Source: Raillietiella orientalis (Eukaryota). Taken from it: a stretch of DNA of 64,000 nucleotides. A program made the position numbers and the translations under genes. Where the stretch lies: the NCBI GenBank assembly GCA_036172245.1, contig JAYWIR010000006.1, forward strand, positions 248,001 through 312,000. Direction: 5' to 3'. Positions 54,051 to 64,000 of this stretch are shown here, one piece after another. Each line of letters opens with the position of its first letter. The first letter of the stretch is position 1. A model generated the notes under the pieces. The model had not been told where the DNA came from, ran no database searches, and was given only the letters and a program-made list of their open reading frames with translations.

Positions 54051-54699
54051 GCTTCCTGCTTTCGGCATGCGTCCTCCATGGCGTGCTTAGGTTTGAATAA
54101 TGCCGGGTTGCTTTAGACACAGAGCGCTATGTAGAATGCAGTCATCCCGGCAGCTCTCGAGAGCCCGAGTTGGTCTCCAAAGTGGGGGAGGAACCTTCGA
54201 AAGATGACCCAAAGGATCCCCGAAAGCATTACGTGGGCCCACCAGATCACACGGAGAAACGCACGTTCTCAGGAGAGGAATGTAAGAAGCTGCATGCACC
54301 ATCATCATCATCAGCTGCTTCGATTCCTCAGTTAGCAGCTTCCGCGCACTGATGAAATCCACTTGCGGACCACGAGCACAAATCTCGTTTTCTAGTTTCC
54401 CGACTCGAGCACTCCGAAAAAGTGGCGCTTCCGAAATCAGAAATGCGCAGGCAACACGAACCGATCCATCTTCTTTTCTCTTCTCTTTCTTTTTTCTTTT
54501 TATGACCCACTTATTACATAATGAATGTCGGACACGAGCTCTGGAGCTTCGCATTGGACTACTCGTGGAACGGAAAGAAGATGGGAGAATAAGGGAAAGA
54601 TTCGGAAAAATTTCCCCTCCTTCTGGAAAAGCGACATGAAATGGTGGTTTGGTTGGATGCTGCATCCTGCAAAATGGTTTGCTTGAGGGAAACCAATCG

Positions 54700-55950
54700 A
54701 AACGTCCATTCAGCCTGCCACGGGAAGATCCCGAGAAAAATCCAAGTAAATCTGATTCCAGGGAGGACCGGGTCCCCTGATTTCCGTCCGGGAGTCCCTC
54801 GCAGCAGCCGCATCTGCGTGGAAGCTCCTGGCTCTTTGGTGACCGGACCGCGTTTCTGGGAAACTCCGGGTCGCTCCATTGCAGCCATGAGCACTGCTTC
54901 CCCACATCAACGGCTTCACGTGCTCCGCGGAGACGCTCGCTGACAAAGCATCTTGGAAGCTGCAGAGATTTACGCGTCGCAAGCACTCCGGAGATATTCT
55001 CCTCCAAATCGTAAATGAAAACACTGGAATGCAGAAGACGCGCAAGCCGGGAGAATGCTTTCTGGAATCATCAAGAACACGACATCACGGCGCCCATCCA
55101 AATCCTGATCATTTAAAAAAATATGTAAGTTTATTATATTTATAAATATGCACAGTTATGTGTGCATTAATGTGTACGTCAACGTACATTATAAAGAATA
55201 TAAAAAAGTAAGTATATATGTCTACGATATACGTATTAATAATATGTGCTTATTAAATATATACAACCCCAAGCATATGTTATTAATGCTATGATATATA
55301 AATGTATATAATGTAGATATTATAAAGATCATAAAAATAAATATATATTTTCATTATATATATTAATTGATATTTACATCTTAGGTTGTATTCTAATGAA
55401 TACCAATAAATGCATGCATACTCTAAATATTAATACTATTATTTAGAATATGTAAGCTGATCCGTATCACTTAATACGTATGTGAAAATCAATTTGTGTA
55501 CTAATCTATATATAAAGATGTGTATTAATATATATGATACACGTCTAAATTCATAATCCTTACAATATATACGATCTCCATACGATATATGTATCGGTAT
55601 ACATGATAACACACATGCATGCTTATTTTTTTACAGTCTTCCAGAACTTTGATTTTCCGGATTGCGGCGTGCGGGATTTCGAAGCGACCCCCCGGTCCGA
55701 TAATGTTTCTCCTAATCGAGCTTCAAGGCACCCCATCTCCGCAGCCCAGTATCAGCGGTATCGAAATCTCGCGACCCACTCTGCGTGGTCTCCGAGACAC
55801 CGGCCCGGCTGCTGCAGGAACGAGAAAATCTGGAGCCTGGCCAGCGCTCCTTCGTATGCTAAACATCGGAAAGAGAACGGAGGTTCCGACGCGAAAGTAT
55901 GGCGACGCGAAAGCGACGTGTCATCTGAAATGCCGGGGCACGCATTGGGT
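54700..55950 (-). mobile_element. L1 ORF1 relic interrupted by an AT-rich insertion
   Basis: QLPRCFV...QELPRRCGCC knuckle-like segment left of the island; FSFLQQPG..HAEWVARF N-terminal-like segment right of it. Confidence 0.45.
55110..55638. mobile_element. AT-rich ~530-bp insertion, possible non-autonomous TIR (MITE/EnSpm-like) element
   Basis: Abrupt compositional edges; TAAAAAAATA (55114-55123) and TATTTTTTTA (55624-55633) are inverted at the two edges; the right end reads GACTGTAAAAAAA on the minus strand. Confidence 0.45.
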
Positions 55951-56944
55951 GCTCCGATGCGTGCAGAGGAAGCAAATCTCTGGGGAGACGATGGCCCCTC
56001 CCGTTCTGGAAAGATGAGCACTCCATTGGGGAAGTGGGCGGCTGGGGTGCAGTAGCCAGATGCTCGAATGACAAGGGTTGAATTCTCCTAGGATTGAAGA
56101 CTCAGGCACTAGAGAGGGGGGAGGGGGGGAAACGACAATTATTTATTTATTTTCATGATGACGAATTTTCGAGTGCTGCCCTGTGGACACGGTAGCAGTT
56201 CTTCCTATGCAACAAAATGATCGTGGCTTCCGTCCACGAGAGATGGCAACCTTCGCTGGATATTTCATCCGCTTCGTTCCACCGAACAGAAGGACAAAAA
56301 AAAAAAAATAGGACAAAGCGCGAGCAGTTCAAACATGTGGAGAATTTAGAGGAAAGTTGGAGATTAGCCCGTGATGCAGATGATCGAGGATCTGGATGCT
56401 GAAACCTGTTCCGTATTTCAAGTAAAGTAGATGCTCTCTCATCAAGCTTTCTGATCAGTCTGGTGCGGTCCAGCCTTTTCACCGCCACTTCTGGCTCCTT
56501 CACAAGACGCTGTTGAGAAACTCATTGCTCCGGAGAGAGAAAGAAACAAGCCATATCTAGGAAAAGCAGATTGGCAAAAGAATCCACCCCCCTCCCCCCC
56601 AGGTGTCTTCATACCAAATAAGTGACTCCTTTCCTCCCAAAGCAAAGCAACAAGTTCTGTTTTTCCTGGAGATCTATTGATCTCATACGAGTATGGCGAG
56701 CTGCTGAAAGGAAGAAGAAAAAAAAGTGAGAACTATGGTACAGTTATCCTTCGCACTGCACTCGCAAGATGCCAGTCACGTCATCCAACGGAGAGAGGGT
56801 GGTAGGTAGTCGTTTCTACTAGAAACGGATCCTGCAATCTTAGAATGGAATTCTACCTTCTCCCGATAGATCTGTCACGGTAGGATCAAGCCTCCACATC
56901 CACCTCCACGTCTCTGAGAATTCCAAGACTTTCCAAGAAAGTTT

Positions 56945-57715
56945 TCACGAATTGGCCGAACTCGTGCGAGGGCCGCTCGTCCCTTCGATCTTCCTTCCAG
57001 CTCCTCGACCCCAGTGGAAATCTTGGAAGTTGGTACTCGCCTGTGATCCGGAAGAGCTTGATACTGGGGGCAATTCACGGAGCAGAGTGCCCACCTCACA
57101 AGTTTCTCCATCCGTTGGCATGTGACGAATGTGCAGCACAAGATGTCTTTCGGGTGTTCCCTTCTTGCGGCAGCAAAAGCAAGGAAGTTTTATTTGCATA
57201 AACTCGTCTTCCCTATGCCAACACCACAAAGGAAAGCAAGAACCCCTGACTGTGCATTCAAGCAACAGAATATGCTTGGGTCCTCCTAAAAGCACTTCTA
57301 CCCTCTTGACAAACAGTCCCAGGACTTTTCCGTTTTTTTCGCTGTAGGTTTTTTCAGTTGCCAAGAAACGCTTGATTTTCCGGAGACTGCTTCTCAGTAG
57401 TAACTCTCCCAAAACGCCGAAAACGCGGCGAACGACTTGAGTTCCTCCGCTTGGGAAGAGCAGTCGTGGATCGCAGTTTGCCCCCAACGTTCCTGGACCT
57501 ATGAATCTATGAATCCCTCTCAGCACATCGCGAACGTTGGGTTGCCAAGGGAAAAAAAGGCTAGAGAGAGATGTGCTGGATAGTTCGTTCCAGATATACT
57601 TTCTTGAAAGGTATGTGGTGCTTTTCATAGCATTTCCGTAGATGAAGGGCCACGAAGGAGGATACAGCATGCATCTTGAAACTTCACGTGAACTCATCCC
57701 GATGCGCACGAGCAT
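56945..57715 (-). pseudogene. L1 ORF1 (gag-like, zinc knuckle) relic, 256-aa open frame
   Basis: FFPWQPN...RRVFGVLGELL...VKRVEVLL...IKLPCFCCRKKG matches L1 ORF1 layout; the knuckle His is lost. Confidence 0.6.
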
Positions 57716-58500
57716 CTCTGAAGCGCTGTGGGAAAGTCTCGAATTCTTATCCGAGTATCATGGAGAGGCTCAGAACTCGGGATTTTGGAACGTTGATATC
57801 GAGGTACGCTAACGGAAGCTGCAAGACAGATCCTCACTCTCAAAATGAAGTTGAAGACTGGTTTGAATATCGATGTGCTCTGGGATGAAACCTCACACTG
57901 AAAAAATCAAGATTTTTAGGAAAAGTTTTTTGCTTCCCAAGTTGCAGGTTTCCTCCTTCCGAGGGAGCTCACTCATCTACGTTATTTGGGAGAAGTCGAG
58001 TCCAACTTTGAGGATGCGCAGTATCTATTACGTTGTTAGTAGGAGAGCGGGGTGGGCGTTTCCCAGTTGCAGGTTCTGGAGGCGAATGCTCCTTGAGCGT
58101 TCTGCTGGCGCAACTCTCACGGACATCCTATGGCGGGCTTGGTGATTATGGTTGTCGGATATCTTCACCCGTTGAGGATGAGAATGCAGCAGCTGTTGCA
58201 CTGGCGGAAAGCTACCCGAGGGGTTTTGCCACACCCACGGGGGCGCCTCCGTGTTCAGGGGGCCATGGAAGGCGCACAGGAAACGACACGAGTTGATTTC
58301 ACTTTGCCCAGAGGTGGGACTAGTTGCGGGGGTGAAGGGGGGGATGTGCAGGGCTGCTGACAGGAGACGTGTCACTTGCTGCGTCCTCGTAGCAGCTAAG
58401 ATCGTCATCCTCAGTCGACCCGTGGGAACGCAATTTATCAAAGCGCGCGGCGTTGTAAGCCGTGACGGAAGAAGTGGAGGTCACAGGGAGGTGTTGCATT
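57650..58500 (+). mobile_element. L1-like post-RT fragment
   Basis: KLHVNSSR, KSFLLPKL and SYGGLG remnants in order. Confidence 0.45.
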
Positions 58501-59199
58501 TCTGTGGTATCTCCTCCATTCATACATAGCCAGTGAGAAAGCCACAAGAATGGGGTGTTGGGAAACTTGACCGACCCAAGAAAAGGAAACTGTTCATCCA
58601 CAAACGGGTGTGTGGGCTGATCAGAACTGCTGGGCTGAATCTACTTCGTTTATGAAACGGAAGAGGAACAGGAAGAAAATGATGCAGAAATGGATTTTTT
58701 TCTGTTGTTGGTGGTTTAAATTGTCGTTTAAATTGTGGTTTAAAATGTCTCTAAATCTCTCGTATGTCTCATGATGGTTTTCTGTGCACAGCACTCGTGC
58801 TCCTGGAATATTTTCCTAAATTCGTCGGATTCTGTCATCTTCGGTTTCCGCCAAATGACTTTTACGCTTTTGAAATGCACTTGCCGCGGCCCCAACAAGT
58901 TCTGGACGACGTCCAGAACAGCTGGGAAATCCAATAGGCGCACTGGCTTGGACACCCTTCGAAAGACCAAGTCCGGAATTCCATGGCTGAGTCACAGGAG
59001 GAGGGCACCACACTATTGTCCTCTTCCGGTGTTCCTTGACCAGCCTAAATCAAGCAAGCAGGCTTGGTTCTCGAGCGAAAACTCCCGGTGCAGTGCACAG
59101 GCTGAATGCCAGAAACACGGAGGAAAGTCCTTCTGACAAAGCCCTCGTCTCATGAAGCAACAACGACACCCTTGAACATCCAGAACCGACGTGTTTTCC

Positions 59200-59900
59200 G
59201 ATAACGGCCGAGAGCTTGCGTACCTTCCGTGTCCCTTGCCGACCACATCCAGTGCGAGGTGATTGTTTCAAAAGGGGGTACTTTCTCAGGTCGCCTCCTC
59301 AGCCACTTTGGATATGTGAACCTCTCTCAGTTCGGTGACCTCAGTCCAGTAAGCCAAGTTCGCCACTGAAGAGGATGCTTGGTGTCCTACGGTTTTTGTC
59401 TGGTGGAAGTCTCACAAGTTGAGTGCGGACTCGTGGCATCGCCCCTTCCCAAAAGAGAAACTACCAGAGTAAAAGGAACTCTCCCTAGCAATTGAAGGAA
59501 ATCGTAGGACTGAGCATCGGATCGATGGCCACGCCTGCAACCACAAGATGGAGTAAGGTGGCTTCCTCGGGAGCCACTCAAGGGGCATCGGCTTCCGACG
59601 CGCAGCTACGGGTCTCATCATCGGTCACCAATGAGCCTGGATTCCACCTTTTTCCCAACCCAGGAGCACTCCTGAAAGGATGTTCTCCTAGCACAGCACC
59701 TGCAGGATACACCGCGAATGCTGGGAGGAACAGAAACTCTTCTCGACGGCAGATCATCCGTTTGTGATCCACCTCAAGGGCATCCCGCTCCAGGTGGTCG
59801 ACGCACAGATTGCCACGGCTCTAGAAGAGCGTGCAGCCGCGCATGCCATCTGGAGCAAATAGAATCCCCTGATGGAGTTTGAAAACGCTCACGAGGGGTT
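59200..59900 (-). mobile_element. L1 ORF1 relic
   Basis: EEFLFL...VLGEHPF...KRWNPG and TGCGRQG / GKGHG knuckle remnant. Confidence 0.5.
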
Positions 59901-60099
59901 GCAAGAGCGCGCACCAAAGCCTGTGGTATATGGGGAAGGACACCACCCAGCGTCAGCAATGTATCCTGACGGGCCACACCAAAGTCATCGGTAACCAAAA
60001 CATGCATGACAGGGACGTAGATGGGCAAAGAAAATGAAAGAAAGAAAGGACAGAGACTCAAGCAGCGAGCACACCACGTCCGCATCAGCGAGCACCACC

Positions 60100-61144
60100 A
60101 CCAGGCATTCTGTGCACAGCACAGGGGCCAAGAACAACGAAGAGAACACGGAGATGCAGCAGCGACTGCTACACTCCTTCTACAACAACCGCTCGCAACA
60201 GGACGTCATCGTGCACCCCACCAAGTGTGAGTTGGAGCAAAGCACCTCCAGAGCCGCAGCAATGTCTTCCCTCAAAGAACATCTGGGCAGTAGCCAGCTG
60301 CCCAAATAGGAGGTCAGATGTGAAATAGGTCTTCGGACGAAAGAATTAGCTCACGGATGTTGCAACCCCAAGTGCCCCACCGAAAGGACTATTGTGCTGC
60401 GGTGAGCTGTTGGGATCCTACAGGAAGTCCTCGAGTGGCCCCCAGCGCTGAAGAACAACCGGGTCCTCTCTCTGAAGTGGCAGGAGTCGCCAATTCTGCT
60501 GTTGCACTGGGACCTCCCCAGCAGCGTCCGCCGCTCTCATTGGACACAGGGGCTGTGGACCCCAATTGTTGCAGGTGCGGGGAACGGAAATCCCTCCCGC
60601 ACCTGCTCGTAGATTCTATTGCCCTCTGGCCCCTGTGGCAGCTATTCGCAAAGGCCCTAAGTGCACAAATGGACAACCCTGGAGACGTGTTGAAGCGCCT
60701 GTTGGTGCGCGATGCCCTTTCGCCTGCTGCAGCCCTAGCAGCACTGTGCTTGCTGCCTACGTGGGATTTTGGCGGTCTGGAGCTACCTATCAACAGGGCG
60801 GCACGATAGAGACGCCATCTGCTTCGCCCTGCGCTTTCCTGAGGACGGCAGGCAGATGGTCCCACCTGCGGCATACTCGGATGGAACTTGCCGACATCCT
60901 GGACGGAATGCAGAGGAAAGTGATCCAGCGGAATGTGATTCCTTACCTAACCCTCTCATTTTTTTGTATATAGTGTTATCTTTTTATTTTTATTTTTGTT
61001 TGCTCCTTCCCCCCCCCCCCCCTGCCAAGGAGAACCCCTCCAATTACTCGGCAGGCTCCGACCATTTTTGTAGGGCCGATGGCCCTACACCTGTATGTTT
61101 ATTATCATTTTCATAATAAACTCCCTGGCGTTATCGTATGGCAA
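60100..61144 (+). mobile_element. LINE 3'-end family, copy D
   Basis: NCCRCGERKSLPHLLVDSIALWPLW, close to copy A; stems 61021-61055 and 61069-61089; AATAAA 61115-61120. Confidence 0.8.
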
Positions 61145-62780
61145 CCACCTGGCACTCCGAGGAACGGCTTGGAAGAGGGTGATGAGTGGCCAGTATCGAG
61201 AGGAACAACGAGGAAAAAGGAGGCTCAGCATCCGCAGAGCTGCCTTCCGAAAAAGGTAGGCAACGCTGCTCTCCTCCAGGGCGGCTGGTGGAGCGAAAGA
61301 CGGGTACTGCCTGCCCACTCGGAGGCACAGGCCGGGCAGCGGTCCCCCTGCCGGCCACTGCGAGTGAGACACCTGCCGCGCATGCTGCGGCCGCCGAGGA
61401 AAGCGCCACTACGCGCAGCGCTCCCCGCGGCGAAGAAAGTCGACGTGGGACGCTACGCCGGCAGAGAGAGCGCAGTTGTGGACCCTCGCTGATGAAGGTT
61501 GGCAGAGCTGTCTGCTCGCTAGGTCATCGCGCTATTCTCTCTGAGAATTCCAAGTTGACGCAAGCAGGATGGGTACGCGACCGACGAAGGCGTCCGGAAG
61601 ACACGGACGTGTCCGTGGCACAGGAGAACGTCGGGACAGAGTCCACTGACGGACAGATGAGCGCAGACGAGACGACGCGGGCGGTGGAAACGGGTGATCC
61701 GCCGCCTTCACGCGTGGGGTAGCTTCCTCTTGTCTGAGCAGAGCCTCGCGGAGCGTCAGTCGTCCAAACCACGTAGGGGAGAAAAGAGGTAACTGGGCAT
61801 CCTTCAACCTCTTGTCCTCCGGCATGGGAGGCCCACCAGACCTCCAGGGATGAACGAGGAAGTGCAGCTGCAGTGCGGCAGTCGCACTGCAGGTAAAACC
61901 GAAGGCAGCAGGTGCGGTCGCGAGAGTTTCTCCAGCGAGGACAGTGAAACGGGCCAGCAGACCGTCAGATGTCCCAACTCGAGCTCGTAACGGGAGTTCA
62001 CGCGCCTGGCGGCCTCTCACGCTCACGCGCGCAGCGTGTCGACGAAGCGACCGGGAGATCCTCCTCCGGCAATCGGACGACGCTCGCGCTCAGCAGCCTG
62101 AGGTCGACGAGTTGAGCTCGTCCTTGAACACAGGCGGCTGGTCGACCCGCGAACCTGGGGTGGCAGGCGCCTCGTTAACCACGTCGTCTTGGACGACCAC
62201 TTATTGTTTGCAGGTGAGACGCAGGAGCAGGTAAAGGTCATCAGCGTGCGATCATCCCGAGATCGAGCTTCTCCCGCCTGGGAAGGCGCCTCCACGGAGC
62301 ATCCAGTGGCCACCAGGAGACTGACTGATCCTCCCGGAAGCGAAGAAGGTGCTTAGCGGCTTGTTGGGGGGCTCCTCTACCGAGGAACTCCGCAACACTT
62401 CTCGGCCCACCAACCGCCCATCAGCTTCGGGGGGAGCAGTCCGCAGCAGCAGCGCCTTCCTACGGGCTCCCTCTCTCTCGGCTTGCGGACACTCGAAGAT
62501 TCACGGGGAACCGCGCTGCGGCCGGGAGGGAGAGCGGGTGGTCCGGGGCGCCATGCCTGCCGGACAAATCCGGCCGGCAGCTACTGGCCCCCGCTGAGGC
62601 ACGACGACCCTCTGCGTGCAGCCCATGTTGCAGGTCTTCGTGAGGCATTGGCTTCTGGGAGGTGCTTCCGGGAGGGAGGAGCAGCGCGCAACGTGTCCCG
62701 GGTCCCCCCACTGGACACATTCGGCTCATTTTGAAAAAGCATCCAGATACATGCGCACCTCAGTATCCCCCTGGTGCAAA
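61145..62780 (-). mobile_element. LINE reverse transcriptase relic
   Basis: LQHGLHAEGRR, GVPR..SP, SHADDLYLLL (62237-62248) and HPWRSGG in RT order. Confidence 0.7.
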
Positions 62781-64000
62781 CCCCCATCTGAAAGATGACT
62801 GACCAACAGCGTGATGTGTAGTGACAGTGTTGACGCAAATTGGCGACGGTCGTGCAGAAACACTGGGCTGCTCGTCGTTTCTCTCGTTGTGTTGTGGAAA
62901 AAAAGCTGTGCTAAGATGAATGTGCCCTTCCACTTGTTGGACTGGCGAAAGTTCGAGTATGGAATTCTAATATGTTTATTAGAGCCAACTAGACATTTCG
63001 ACGCGGCGGGCTTACAAACATCTGAGAATCTGGAAATGTCGAGGGAGAGGCAGGAACCTGTGGAAAATCTCCTCGCACTCCCTCTTCCTGTAATTCCTAA
63101 TCTTTCGCACGATCATAGAGCTCCGAATATCTCATTCTGCCTACGTTTCTGTGTGATGGAAGGGCGCGCACGAGATGCTGCGCTGTTCCGCCGCCGGAAA
63201 CTCATGCCGTTTGAAGGATGCCAAACGAGTTCCTCCTGAATACAGATGGGGCAGCAAATGTCAGTGTTGGTGGGGATTTTCGGTGTTGCTGAACTTCAAT
63301 GCTGAAGGGATGCTGTTCAGAGCAACCCTGCTATTTTTCCGCGGACACCGTGTACTTGCAAACCGTTTTTCCACTCCCATCCGGGTTGCCCTCCCACGGA
63401 AGGGCGTGGTGTAAAAAGAGTGGTGTTGGTCCCGTTGGCCGCACCTTGATTCGACCTGCAGCAGCTCCTTCGAAAACTCTGCAGCACGTTCCACATCGCG
63501 ACTTTTTTGCTTGTCCTCGCGATCTCTTCTCGTTTTGAAGGCAGACCGGAGAATCCAAACTTGCGAGATCAGTTGCCGCCGAACACGATGGGTTAATTAA
63601 TGCAAGCATTCCTCGCTCATAAGGTAAATTCTACGTTCTGTGTGTAGAAATAAGCCTTTTTCGAAGATGGATGTAGGGGCTTTAGCGTGGACAGTGGATG
63701 AGAAACAAACAAAGGAGAGTTGAATACTTCGGTGATAGTAATGTTGGAGGTCTTTCAGTTATTCCTCGTCCTCGAGGGAGACTCACTTTTTTAAATAACT
63801 GTAATCGTCACTTCGATCACCTAGAAGAAATTATATACCTATATATATATTATATATGTATGAAGATTAATATATATCATGAAGATCATGGAATATGCTT
63901 ATTACACAAACTTATGTGTTTCTGTATGCTCATTACTGTACTCTGACTGGAAGCTTCAATTACGTTTTGCTAGCAAAATTATTTTCTTCTAGGTGATCGA

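Noticed and set aside
54087..55007. 306-aa minus-strand ORF as a host gene
   Set aside because: Chimeric: an ORF1 knuckle remnant fused to low-complexity sequence, with a non-ATG start and no splice support.
61138..61722. New plus-strand ORF1 starting right after copy D (tandem array idea)
   Set aside because: An early stop follows the ATG, and the region continues a minus-strand RT relic (HADD at 62237-62248).
1..64000. CRISPR arrays, rRNA or tRNA genes, LTR retrotransposons, prokaryotic operons
   Set aside because: I saw no regularly spaced repeats, RNA-gene signatures, LTR pairs, or integrase/protease motifs by eye. Small exons of an enclosing gene cannot be excluded.

Overview
Eukaryotic genomic DNA, roughly GC-balanced, with no prokaryotic features. 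I can support one intact gene: a three-exon minus-strand gene (3759..1789) whose first coding exon is only the ATG, encoding a predicted 488-aa secreted Pro-rich protein of unknown family. Most of the remaining ~60 kb is nested, heavily decayed non-LTR retrotransposon sequence. It is mostly L1-clade relics (ORF1 zinc knuckle, APE, RT YADD-like and C-terminal CCHC remnants, recognised by eye across frameshifts) plus two probable RTE-X-like relics, and the long relics lie mainly on the minus strand. The most interesting signal is a five-copy LINE 3'-end family whose 3' UTR keeps hairpins at equivalent positions around AATAAA despite divergent sequence; one copy is bounded by a perfect 14-bp TSD. 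Relic boundaries are approximate (a few hundred bp) and no database searches were run.
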